DNA from: Octopus sinensis
Taxonomy: Eukaryota
DNA length: 64,000 nucleotides
Assembly (NCBI RefSeq): GCF_006345805.1
Contig: NC_043007.1
Coordinates: 19,096,001-19,160,000, forward strand
Direction of reading: 5' to 3'
The first letter of the stretch is position 1; each line of letters begins with the position of its first letter. The notes beneath the pieces are model-generated. The model saw only the letters and a program-made list of their open reading frames with translations. It was not told where the DNA came from and ran no database searches. The translations under genes were made by a program, and so were the position numbers. Shown here piece after piece: positions 22,721 through 36,285 of this stretch.

Positions 22721-25700
22721 AAAAAAGTATATATATGTGTGTCTATACATATGTGTTCATAAGGGAATCTTACATTGCTTTTAAACTCTATATTTGGAAG
22801 GACTCATTTTAAACTCTGTTAGACTTTTGGACTTTACTCATAAGATATTGGAATACTGCATATACACCATTATGCCTAAAAAATGGATTTACGAATTCAA
22901 CACCCAAACATATCTTGCATCTATTTTCTTTCCTCCACCTCACTCTCTATTTTGTATCAATCTTTGTCCATTGAACCCAAAACTGTGGAGGCGCATGGCC
23001 TAGTGGTTAGAGCAGCAGACTTGCGGTCGAGGGGTCACAGGTTCCAATCTCAGACTGGGCGATGTCTGTGTTTATGAGCGAAACACCTGAGCTCCACGTG
23101 GCTCCAGCAGAAGGTAATGGCGAACTTCTGCTGACTCTTTCGCCTCAACTTTCTCTCACTCTTTCCTCCTGCATCTTGCAGCTCACCTGCAACAGACCGG
23201 TGTCCTGTCCAGGTGGGGAACCTATATGCCAAGGAAACCGGGAAACCGGCCCTTATGAGCGAGGCATGGCTTGAGAAGGAAGGAGCCCAAAACTGCTCCA
23301 GTTTATCCAAGTCTTTTTTAAAGACTTGCAGCTGTTTTGAATCTCATTGCTGAGAGAAAGAAATAAAGCAGTCAACAGCTTCAACATTCTTGCCCTCAAC
23401 AGAACCAGATAAAGATGACTTCTTGGAGGATTCTACAGGAATAGATAAACTTAGTATTTAACCCTTTGGCATTGAAATTTCTTTGTGAAATCATCATCAT
23501 CATCATCATCATCATTTAACGTCCGCTTTCCATGCTAGCATGGGTTGGACGATTTGACTGAGGGCTGGCGAACCAGATGGCTGCACCAGGCTCCAATCTT
23601 GATCTGGCAGAGTTTCTACAGCTGGATGCCCTTCCTAATGCCAACCACTCCGAGAATGTAGCGGGTGCTTTTTACGTGCCAGTCAGGCGGTACTGGCATT
23701 GACCTCGCTCGAATCTTTTTACACATGCCACCGGCACAGGTGCCAGTGAAGCGATGTGAAATATAATGTGAAGGTGAAATATAATGCTTATTTATTCTCG
23801 TTGTTTGGAATTAATTCTGCATTGTCTTGTAGTTTTAAGATTTCAATCTTGTGATTGTATATTTATAGAATGACATTGTAGGGTAGGTGTAAGAGGTTGG
23901 ATCTAGTCAGTTTTAGCATACAACACAATTTAAATAGTAAAAAGTTAAATTCAAGAAAATACTAATTTTAACACTATTTCCATTGTGTAGATCAAATTAC
24001 AGATAGACACTCCAGCCATGCCATTCCCATTCTCTTGGATTTGAATATACCGTATATTCATTCATTTATCTTAGGCTATACCATGACATTTAGCTGCTAT
24101 TTCTAGTAGGTCAGATGATCCATCACAAGAGGCTCCTTTGCTAGCTCAGACATTAGAGAAGACTTCGGCTGCCATTTCTAGCAAGTGCTTCCACAGTATA
24201 GAGGCTCACTTATAATCTGAGATGCTAAGTAGAGAAAAACTTTGGCTGCTGTTTCTAGCAAGTTAATCTGCCATGTAGAGCAGGCATGGACAACCACTTT
24301 TGAGAAGTGGGTCACATGATACACGGCTTGTCATCAATCCAATGGGCCACACTACTAAAAAAAATTCAAGACAGTTTCTCTTTAACCATGCCATTCAGGT
24401 CTCATATGCTGCAGTTGGCCCCTGACTCATATAGAAGATCCCTCATATGCTCAGATTGTAAGGGAAGGTTTTTGTACAGATTTAGCTCCTATTTCTAGTT
24501 GGTCACTCTGAGGCTTCTTGTTGGCTCAGAGTGTAAAGAAAATTTTTGGCTGCTATTTCTAGCAATTTAATTACTTATGAGCTGAGAATGGAAAAGATTT
24601 TTTGGGGGAAGATTTAACTGCTATTTCTAGCATGTGAAGTTGCTTCCAAGAGGCTCAACTGTTTTGGCTACATAAGCAATGAGTTATTGCTTCCTTGTCC
24701 TGGCTATTTCCATCAAAATCGTTTGGTTGGGTCATTTGAGGTTTGACCACAGGCTGGACACCAGGAGCCTCAGTGTGATAACTTGATATGTTAGAAATAA
24801 CAGCCAGATTTCCCCTCAGATGAAAACTTTGAAAAACAAAGGACCACATTAAATAATGTAGGCTTATTTATACTATGTCTGAGAGAATGGTTAGATGGTC
24901 ATATCTGGATTGTCTATGAAAGCCCAGGTCTGTTCAGTTGGGTGTTAAACCATAACAACATTGACAAAACAAGCCAATGAAGATGCCACTACATGGTTAC
25001 ATGACCAGCTAGAAATAACAGTCAAATCTCCCTCAAATCACATCCTAGTCTTACAAAAACATTAGGACATATTAAATGGTAATTCTAGATATACAAAATG
25101 GTGAGATGGTCATGGCTGGAGTACCTGTGATCATATATCTTCCCATTCAGGGTTTCACAATCACAGTTGCATGATATCCACAAAACCGACCCAAAACACT
25201 TGGACGGTAGCTTTTATTTTTTTTATACAAGGACAGACTCAATATTTCCCACCAGGTAAAGAAATCAAATATCAGAACTTAGTCGACAAGACCCTTGTCG
25301 AGGGCTGGCATGCATTGAAGTAGGCTGCTACGGCTTTCCCATCAAGATGAGTACACTATTTCCTGCAGAAGACAGGCCTGAAACCCAGACAGCTGAAGAA
25401 AGCCATCAAGGAATTAAGCAAAGCATCTGAAACTAGCTCAAGATGGCTATGGTTGATAAGAAACTCAAGCAGAGCCCTTCCACAGGTGAAGACCAGCTCA
25501 ATCCTTGCTGCCCCTCTCAGGTGAAGTGTACAGGCTAAGGGGCAAAACGCTTGTGACTGAGTATCTCCAGCAGTTTTTGCATGGGACAAAGCATCTCTCC
25601 TGTTTATTTCACCAAATAAATTTAATTTTTTTTTTTTTTTAATCTTTTGAGGCTCATTATATTATGTTAGCTTCTGCTTAACTATGTGTTCTTTATGTAG

Positions 25701-26204
25701 AGAGTGCCCCTGAGAAACACTTCCCAAACGACTAACAAAAGTATTTTATTTATCAACAGTGTGCTAGATTTTGTTATCAGTGTTGATAGGTGGCTTAATT
25801 ACAAGGAAATATAAAATTAACTCAAACGATTTTCCAGGAATTACCTCAACACAGACAGATAACACTTTATTATCTAAATAGCCAACTACACAATTTGATA
25901 ACTGAGATAGCAAATGAGCCTGCTAGAAATAGCAGCCAAATAAATCACAAAATTTGTCTTACTTAAAAAAAATGACACAACAGCTTCTCATGCAAAAATG
26001 CATATGTATATATGTATGTATATGCACAGACATAAGCACGGCTGTGTGGTTAAGAAGCTTGCTTCTCAACCATGTGGTTTCAGGTTCAGTCCCACTATGA
26101 GCCAACTTGGCCAAGTGTATTTTACTATACTCCTGGGCCAACCAAATCCTTGTGAATAAATTTGGTAGACATAAACTGAAAAAAAGCCCATCATTAGCAC
26201 TCAC

Positions 26205-26640
26205 GCTGGTCCTAGGTAAAAAGCACCCAATTTGGTGCCATAGAAGTACTGCACTAGTGTTGCATAAAAGCACCCAATCTGGTTCCACAGAGGCACTGCA
26301 CAGGTGTCACATAAAAAGCACCCAATCTGGTGCCACAGAGGTACTGCACAGGTGTCGCATAAAAAGCACCCAATCTGGTGCCACATAAGCACTGCACTGG
26401 TGTCGCATAAAAAGCACCCAATCTGGTGCCATATAAGCACTGCACTGGTTTCGCATAAAAAGCACCCAATCTGGTGCCATAGGAGCACTGCACTGGTGTC
26501 GCATAAAAAGCACCCAATCTGGTGCAATATAAGCACTGCACTAGTGTCTCATAAAATGCCCCAATCTAGTGCCATAGGAGCACTTCACTGGTGTTGCATA
26601 AAAAGCACTGAGGCTGGTACCACATAAAAAACACCCGGTA
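26205..26640 (+). repeat. 48-bp minisatellite (about 9 units) within an RTE 3' UTR-type element
   Basis: Unit CTGGTGTCGCATAAAAAGCACCCAATCTGGTGCCATATAAGCACTGCA gives the 16-aa periodicity in the ORF track. It continues into the RTE UTR tail. Confidence 0.9.
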
Positions 26641-27738
26641 CACTGTAAAGTGGTTGGTATTAAGAAGGGCATCCATCAATAGAAACCCTGCTAAAACAGA
26701 CAACGGTGCCGTTCTCCAGCTTGCCAGCTCCTGTCAAACCATCAAACCCATGCCAGGATGAAAAACAGATGTAAATATACATCTTTCCCAACTGGCACAA
26801 AGACACCCCCTCAATACTACTCCCTACTTCCAGTAGAGGGGATTTTGTCTTGCAGGTTACTTGGTTACCCTGTCTTTACTACTGACATACAAAAAGCCCT
26901 GGTGTTGGTGCCCTCTATAAAACACCCTGTACACTCTGTAAAATGATTGGCATTAGAAAGGGCATCCAGCTGCAGAGACCAAACCAAAACAGACAAACGG
27001 GTCTGGTGTGGTGCCTGGTCTTGCAAGCTCCTTATCAAACCGACCAACCCATACCAGCATGGAAAACAGACGTTGAATGATGATGATGATAATGTGTGTG
27101 TGTAAATAAATCAACATGACAACCATTATTACCAACCCTCTCACTCCTTAATGACCAACAACAACAGAAATAGTAGTCTGAACATGACAAGGGATTCCAG
27201 CTGAATGAAATGTCTTTGATCTAAAATCAATGAGGACTGACTTGAGACTAAACAATAGCAACAATACAATTTACAATAACAATGTGACCACCACTACCAA
27301 CAACAACAACAAGGCACTCGCCATCATAAAAAAATATAGCATTACCATTACTTTTAAATTACTGGCTGGTGACAATAATAAAAGTATCACTATGTAAGTA
27401 ATGTCTGTAGCTACATATGTTGTATGTCAACACAACAATGGGAGAGGCGAAAGAGAAAGAGAATAGCGAGTGGAGTTTTTGACTCGAGTCAAGTGTGCAA
27501 GGGGTGAAGCATCCATCTTCCATGCTGGTATGGGTTGGACGGTCTGACAGGAAATCCAATGTCTGCTTTGGCATGATTTTTACAGCTGCATGCCCTTCCT
27601 AACGCCATATATATATATATATAGTTTGATAGAGATGTGTAGAAATATTCGTGTGTGTGTATACATATATGTGTGTATGTGAGTGAATATATGTGCGTCT
27701 ATGTATAATAATGTGTATATAAGCATAAATACATTCAT

Positions 27739-27815
<77 letters not shown>

Positions 27816-27844
27816 ATAAGGGTGGAAAGGAACACACGAGTTGA

Positions 27845-28085
27845 TATATATGAAAAAACAAGTCAAAAATAGAAAATGCTAAGGTAATTTTATAGTGAAT
27901 CTTTCAGTACCGGTTTCGGTCATTTTGAGACCTTTTCAACTGTAACGATTAAATAATTTTTCTAAATTTAATTATTTAATCGTTACAGTTGAAAAGGTCT
28001 CAAAATGACCGAAACCGGTACTGAAAGATTCACTATAAAATTATCTTAGCATTTTCTATTTTTGACTTGTTTTTTCATATATATA
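27845..28085. repeat. Near-perfect fold-back (about 115-bp arms) of a PLE-like terminus, each arm carrying a hammerhead motif
   Basis: 27845-27958 mirrors 27969-28085, inside (TA)n. A longer one-armed copy lies at about 48810-49050. Confidence 0.9.
27986..28023 (+). ncRNA. Minimal type I hammerhead motif, U3-A8 variant
   Basis: CAG-TTGAAAA-GGTC(TCAAAAT)GACC-GAAA-CCGG-TA-CTG. Mirror copy at 27905-27942 (-). Confidence 0.65.
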
Positions 28086-30206
28086 TATATATATATATAT
28101 ACGTGCACACTTGCATTTTTTTTTCAATCTAATGACATTCTCCGCTATGATATAGACCTAAGCATATAAGGCAACAAGCTGGCTGACTGTTAACAAAATG
28201 CTTAGCGGTATATGGTTCGTCCTTACAATCTTGGTCCAAATTCTATGAAGGACAAATTTACCGTTCATCTTTACGGGAAACTATAGAAATAAACTCTGGG
28301 AGCGATGTAATCGACCTATCTTTTCTCTCGAAATTGTTGGCCTTGGCCCAATACAAGAAACGTCGCATTTAAAAAATAACTCGTGTTTTGATACCTTCGC
28401 GCATCCATACATCCACAAGTGAGTCGGATTTGTTTCCTAATTATACATTTTTAATTTCAGACTTTAAATTACAAGATACGTGGATAGAAATTTTATTTTC
28501 AGTACACAACTCTTTCACAATCCGCAAAGAAACTAACATTTGCTTCACGAAGTCTAAAAGAAAACGTAGATATTCTTTTGCGGCCGCTAAACTAACGACA
28601 ATTAGATAAAAAATTATAATCAAAAGTCTTTTAATTATTAAATGGTGACATCGACGATAACAGCACATTTATCGAAAGTCAGTTTTCTCTCAAAGAAAAA
28701 TGGAAAACTTATTCCAAATATATCCATCCATATCCGCAATGGCCTAGTGGTTAGGGCAGCGGACTCGCGGTCGCAGGATCGCGGTTTCGATTCTCAGACC
28801 GGGCGTTGTGTGTGTTTATTGAGCGAAAACACCTAAAAGCTCTACGAGGCTCCGGCAGGGGGTGGTGATCCCTGCTGTACTCTTTCACCACAATGGCGGT
28901 GCCCCAGCATGGCCACAGCTCAAGAGCTGAAACTGGAAAAACAAAAAACAAACAAACAAATATAATTCAAAAGATTCTGCGTCGTTGGCATAAGACTGTT
29001 GACGTAGCAAAAATAATGCAATATATTTGGGACATACGTAGATATATTTCATACGTGTATCATTTTACACACACACATAAATACAATGTGTGTGTAGGTA
29101 TATATGCGTGTGTATAGTGTGTGTGTGTGTTATTCTTCAACAAGAATATTAGAATATTATTTACAGTGGCTTACAAAGAATAAGTCCTGGGGTCGATTTG
29201 CTCGACTAAAGGCGGTGCTCCAGCATGGCCACAGTCAAATGACTGAATCAAGTGAAAGAGTAAAAGACATACATAGGCATGCATGCATGAGGAGAGCTGG
29301 CAGAATCGTTAGCCCGCTGGACGGAATGCTTAGCGGTATTTCGCTCGTCGCTACGTTCTGAGTTCAAATTCCGCCGAGGCCGACTTTGCATTTCATCCTT
29401 TCGGGGTCGATACACTAAGAACCAGTGAAACATTGGCGTCGATGTAATCGGCTATCCCACTCCCTTTGTGCCTATAGCAGAAAGGATTATATACTCTTTT
29501 ACTTGTTTCAGTCATTTGACTGCGGCCATGCTGGAGCACCGCCTTTAATCGAGCAACTCGACCCCAGGACTTATTCTTTTGTATGCCCAGTGCCGAACCG
29601 CTAAGTAACGGGGACATAAACACACCAGCATCGGTTGTCAAGCAATGCTAGGGGGAAAAACACAGACACACAAACACACACATGCATATATATATATATA
29701 TATATACATATATACATATATACGACGGGCTTCTTTTCAGTTTCCGTCTACCAAATCCACTCACAAGGCTTTGGTCGGCCCGAGGCTATAGCAGAAGACA
29801 CTTGCCCAAGATGCCACGCATGTGGTTGGTAAACAAGCTACTTACCACACAGCCACTCCTGCACCTATATGTTTATATATGTATATATAAACTAAAGATG
29901 TATCCCCCACTCTGACTTTGTTTCCTCATAACATTTTGAAAAAATGGATATGCTTCAAAAAGTTTTCCGTAGATACATTTTAGGCGGCACATTTGGGTTA
30001 TTACGGAAATTGTTGTTAAAAACTTTTCAGGATGGATTGTAGGATAATTCACACGAATCGACTTTATTTCCTCCTAACTTACAGAAAAAAAGAGGTATTT
30101 TCTATTGAAATTTTCTACAAATACTTCTCAGATACTGTACATTCCGATTACATCAGAATTTGATATGACTGACATTACATTTGAATGTGGTGTGTCATTC
30201 TGCTTA

Positions 30207-30719
30207 CTGTAAATCCTCGAGTATAGTCCGCCCTTGAGTTTAATACGCAGGGGATTTTTAGACGGGCTGTATCTCTGAAAAACCTAAACCTTGTGTATAA
30301 TACGCACCCCTTCTCTAACTTGAGTCAAGGAGGTCTATATAACGTCCTTGGTTTGTAAAAATGTATACAGTAACGTCCTTTATTATTATTGTATATATAA
30401 CATAATGCAAACGTGTAGCTTTTTTGTGCATTTTGTTTGCAGAAGATAAAGAAATAACAGTAATAACGTTTAATAAATGTTGCTTATTGCAAGTTATGGA
30501 TGATTCTTTTATGACTTCATTGCTTTCAGGCTTAGCTTAAGGTAGTTTCGCGCCCGACATCACAAAATGCGTCTGAATAAACATTGCCGGACAGCAAATA
30601 GAGACTCGGACATTGCTTAGAAAATATTTTTCATTTTTAACCTCTTATATAGTACGCACTAGGGATTTTGACCTTTAAATTTTGGGGGGAAAATGCGGAT
30701 TTTACTCGAGGATTTACGG
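30207..30719 (-). mobile_element. Complete short-subfamily Tc2/pogo-type MITE
   Basis: TA|CTGTAAATCCTCGAGTATA ... TTTACTCGAGGATTTACGG|TA. Reverse-complement match to 3026-3777 without the internal ~240 bp. Confidence 0.88.
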
Positions 30720-31463
30720 TATGTGAACAACAACCAATGTTTTTCGGGAGGGGGGGTCCCGCTCTTTAAATTCCGATTTAATCGTAAACGAAATCATCTG
30801 AAAATCTCACAGCAAGATATCCAAGTTTTGACTTAATTAGTCAGAGGTGGTGGTGAGGGTACCCTTAGGTAGGTACCCTGACATCAGATGATGCAACAAT
30901 TTTGTTTAGCAAAACTGTTGCATCATTTGAACCAGCATTTATGTATATAGGCATAAATTTAGACGTTCCCCCCCCTCTCGAATTTGTTTCCTCATAGCAT
31001 TCTGAAAACTGGATATATTGTTGTTTTTTAATAAAAATCTTCTACAAGTAAGAAATACGTTCCACGTGGCGTAGATTAAAATTATATCGGAATTTGATGA
31101 GAAAAACAAAAAAAGGAAAACAAACTTTTTATTGGGATCGAATAATTCACACAACTCGACTTTATTTCCTCATACGTTCTGAGTAGGTGCATAAATTATT
31201 CATTCCACCCTCTTAACAAATTTTAATATAATCCTAATCCCAATACATATCATTCCAAATGCATCTCTGGTCGATTTCTTCTCAAAATATGCATTTTTCG
31301 TGTGGGGCGATCACATATCTGTTGTTATGCTTATGTGTGTGATAAATTCGAACGCACGAATCTCTCGGTCCTAGAGAAACTCCGTTAGTTCTGCCAAATA
31401 TTAAATATATATATACATATACTCATAATTTGAGTTCTATTTTTCCTGTTTGCATTACGAAAC

Positions 31464-31546
<83 letters not shown>

Positions 31547-31547
31547 C

Positions 31548-31594
<47 letters not shown>

Positions 31595-31599
31595 TACAC

Positions 31600-31845
31600 A
31601 TAAATATTTCGTTTTGGGATTTGGTTTGCAAGATTCTTTATTTGAGTTCGTGTGTTGAAGCATATTCTGTTGTGTCTGGGGAGAGTCATTCACTTTTAGT
31701 GCCTTATAATTTAACACACTCACCGGTAAAATTTCCCTCTCAATTTCCATAGAAAAATAAATAAATAAATGAGTGGAAATGTTACCGGTGTGTGTGTTAA
31801 ATTATAAGGTATTAAAAGAGAATGACTCTCCCCAGACACAACAGC
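31600..31845. repeat. Partially inverted dispersed repeat, PLE-terminus-like
   Basis: GTTGTGTCTGGGGAGAGTCATT...ACACAC.CACCGGTAA is mirrored within the interval. Related rearranged copies at about 14545-14650, 16235-16360 and 49350-49445. Confidence 0.75.
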
Positions 31846-31959
31846 ATATACATACATACATATATATATATAGTATATATATATATATATATAATATATA
31901 TATATTATATATATATATATATGTATATATATATAGTTAGTTAATCCAAACAAGAAAGC

Positions 31960-32000
<41 letters not shown>

Positions 32001-32064
32001 ATCCAAACAAGAAAGCACAAAAAAAACAGATATAGTATTGTTGGACGCTCAGGAAAGAAGGAGG

Positions 32065-32099
32065 GTTTAACGTTTCGAGCGGAGCTCTTCGTCGGAAAC
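32065..32099 (-). ncRNA. Minimal hammerhead-like motif in a PLE-like fragment (31990-32180)
   Basis: GTTT-CCGACGA-A-GAGC(TCC)GCTC-GAAA-CG-TT-AAAC. The homologue at about 4768-4803 has the canonical CTGATGA core. Relatives at about 32605-32640 and 61101-61136. Confidence 0.5.
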
Positions 32100-32682
32100 A
32101 TAGGAGAAGGAAAGATCCAGAGAAGGGAAGACAGAGGAAAAAAATCGCCAACGGTACACACGCGGTCACATTTTGAAATGTATATATATATATATATATA
32201 TAAGCACTCCGTCGCTTACGATGACGAGGGTTCCAGCTGATCTAATCAACGGAACGGCCTGCTCGTGAGATTAACGTGCACCCCTTCACATACTTCTCAG
32301 GGAGATTCAGCGTGACACAGAGTGTGACAAGGCTGGCCCCTTTGAAATACAGGTACTACTCATTTTTGCCAGCTGAGTGGACTGGAGCAACGGGAAATGA
32401 AGTGTCTTGCTCGAGGACACAACGCGCCGCCGGGAATTGAACTCACGGCTCTACGATCGTTAGCCGAACACCCTAACCACTAAGAGAAAGAGAGACAGAC
32501 AAAAAAGAGAGAGAGTTGACATTTACAGAAAAAACAGAAGACGAAGACAGGTGTATAAACAACAAACAGGTGTTTTAGTTTGATGCTTGGGAAGCTGAGA
32601 AAGTGTTTTATGTTTCGAGCCTACGCTCCTCAACAGAGAGGAATGAAAGAAAACAAAGAGAGAATAAAACTTGTGGATTTAG

Positions 32683-33155
<473 letters not shown>

Positions 33156-33404
33156 TCAGTGTTAGAGCATTCGTTTCGCATATGAAAGACCGCGGGTTCA
33201 CTCCCTGGTATCTCCAGGACTCTTGTTTTCCAAGGTAGTGTTCCAGCATGGCCGCAGTCAAATGACTGAAACAAGAGATAGAATAAAAAGAAGCTTGCTT
33301 CCCAACCATATGGTTCCGAGTTCAGTCCCGCTGCGTTGCACCTTAAGCAAGTGTCTTCTGAGTGACTTTGGTAGATGGAAACTGAAGGAAGCCCGTCGTA
33401 TATT

Positions 33405-33452
<48 letters not shown>

Positions 33453-34104
33453 TCTGCCCCACCGGTGTTGGTGTGTTTACGTCATCTAACGGTTCGGCAA
33501 AAGAAATGGATAGAATAAGTACTCGGCTTAAGAAATAAATCCTGGGGGTCGATTTCTTCGACTAAAGCCGTTCGAGGCAGTGCTCCAGCAAGGCCGCAGT
33601 CGAATGACTGATACATGTATAAGAACAAAAGAATACACACACATAACACACACACACACACACACACACTCACACACACACACACACACCACACACACAC
33701 ACACACGGGCGTGATAGGGGTGAGAAGTTAGCTTCTCAAATGCACGATTCCGTTGCGTATATGTGTGTGTGTGTGTTGTTTGTCCCTACCACACCGCTTG
33801 GCCACCGATGTTGTTTTGTTTGCGTCCCCGTGACGTATGCCGTTCAGCAAAAGCACTAGACAGAACGAGCACCTTACTTAAAAAAAAAAAAAAGCAAAAA
33901 CAAACAAACACCGGAGATTATCTGTTTGACAAAAACATTCGACAGTGGTGCCCCAGCATGACCGCAATCCAATGGTTTTAATACGTAAAGGATTAACTCA
34001 CGACCCTGGCTGTCCGAAATATTTAGTCTATAGCAAAATATCGGGTAATTTCTTCAGTTTAATCTAAAATTGTCCTTACTATAATTCGACATAAAAACAA
34101 ACAT

Positions 34105-34277
<173 letters not shown>

Positions 34278-36046
34278 TATTTAGCCGTGGTGAGCTGGCA
34301 GAAACGTTAGCACGCCGGGCGAAATGCTTAGCGGTATTTCGTCTGTGTTTACGTTCTGAGTTCAAATTCCGTCGAGATCGATTTCGCCTGTCATCCTTTC
34401 GAGGTCGATAAATTGAATACCAGTTGCGTACTGGGGAGGATCTAATCGACTGGCCCCCTACCTACTCCCCCGCAAAAATTCAGGCGTTGTGCCTAGAATA
34501 GAAAAAAAAATGTGGTACTCCAGCATGGCATTTGTCAAATGGCTATAAGAATATATATATATGTGTGTGTGTGTTTGTGTATGTATATATATATATGTAA
34601 GTATGTATGTATGTATGTTGTGAACCTTCCATGCATGAAGTGGATTCGATCCACTATAGCCAACTTTAAATTAGCACTGCTACAGAACTGTTCCTACGGT
34701 GGAACAATGGTTTTTCCACGTATATATATATGTGTGTGTATGTATGTATATATATATCAGATGCATGGTGAGTTTTTTCCGAAATGTTAGTAATTTTTAG
34801 TCAGATATTTTTTGTGTGTGATCAAAACAAACGTATTGATAAAAAAAAAAGACAGCTACTTACGAATGTGACACAAATCTATTTACATATAAAGCTACGA
34901 ACTGTCAGATTTTTTTCGGGAAAGCGACGTTTATTTCTTAGAATAGGCCAAAGTGAAAGCGCTTCGTACGCCTGCGCGTCTTTGCGATACGTTTGCGCCA
35001 AGTCGTAGAAAACGTGAGATTGAAAAAAAAGCCCGTGGGGGGGAATCGAGAGGAATTGGTACGGCCTGTGTGTGTGTGTGGTGTGTGTGTGTGCGTGTAC
35101 ATATTTGTGTACGTATATGTATATGTTATTGCGTATGTGTTTTGGAATGTTTGTGTGTGTATGCACACAATATACTGGTGTACAGACAGTTACACACACA
35201 CACACACACACACACATATAAGGCGGTACTCCAGCATGGCCGCAGTTGAAAGACCGAAACAAATAAAAGAATAGAAGATATATACTCATTATCTACTTAT
35301 ACATTTTGTATAATTTCTCCATTATATATACATACATATATATATACATATATGTGTGTGTGTGTGTGTTGTGTGTGTATAAGAGCGAGCGAGAGAGAGT
35401 GAGAGGGGGAGAGACAGAGGAAGGTATATACGTATGTCCGTATCTGTGTGTCTCTCTGTCTTTATCTCTCCCCCTCTCTCTCTCTCTTTCTCTCTCTCCC
35501 CCTCTCTCTCTCTCTCTCTTTTTCTCTCTCTCTCCCCCTCTCTCTCTCTTTCTCTCTCTCTCCCCCTCTCTCTCTCTTTCTCTCTGTATGTATATAGATA
35601 TAGTTGGGGGTGTGTGTGTGTGCGTGCGCATGTTCTCGATTGCGTCCGTATCTAGGGAGTGGCCGCGTTACGCCGATGCATTTGTGTGGTACTTAGATTC
35701 GTGGGAGAAGGCAGAGGCACAGTCTACTAATACACACACCGCATGTAGAGTACAGGCGCCACCAAACTACTGCTGCTGCTACTACTACTAACTTGCTATT
35801 GCTTGGGAAATATGAGTAACGATATGAGGATACCCAGAGAACCAATGCCATGAATCTGGGGATATCGTAGGTGTGCCTCTGTGATAAGTTCGTTTCTCAA
35901 CCGCATGGATTTGAGTTCAATTCTGCTGCATGGCACCATGGGCTCACTGAAGTTTTTTGTTTGTGGATTTGGTAGGCAGAAACTGTGTGGAAGCCTGCCG
36001 TGTGTGTGTGTGTGTGTGTGTGTATCATCATTATTATCATTTAACG

Positions 36047-36285
36047 CATGCATGGGCAACCTGCGGCCCGTGGGCAATCTGCGGCCCTCGGCGAATTTCT
36101 AGGTTGCTAATTTCATACTGGGACACATAAAATAAAGAAGAACTGCAGAAAATTCAGTGTAAAAGGGACAAATAATATTTCATGTAATATTTCATGCATA
36201 TCTGTTTTATCATGTGGCCCTTTCACACTTGGAAATGGTATGATGCGCCCCCCCCCCCCAGTTGATGCAAAGTTGCCTATCCCTG
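36047..36285. mobile_element. hAT (Charlie-like) MITE
   Basis: Ends CATGCATGGGCAAC...GTTGCCTATCCCTG. 8-bp TSD (A/G)TTTAACG at 36039-36046 and 36286-36293. Confidence 0.7.

Noticed and set aside
24089-24660. CRISPR-like repeat/spacer appearance
   Set aside because: The repeats are degenerate, the spacers retain mutual similarity, and the motif is dispersed elsewhere in the window.
26201-26627. Repeat-protein ORFs or a CRISPR-like array
   Set aside because: The whole 48-bp unit is repeated with no unique spacers, the context is eukaryotic, and no cas genes are present. It is a minisatellite in a LINE UTR.
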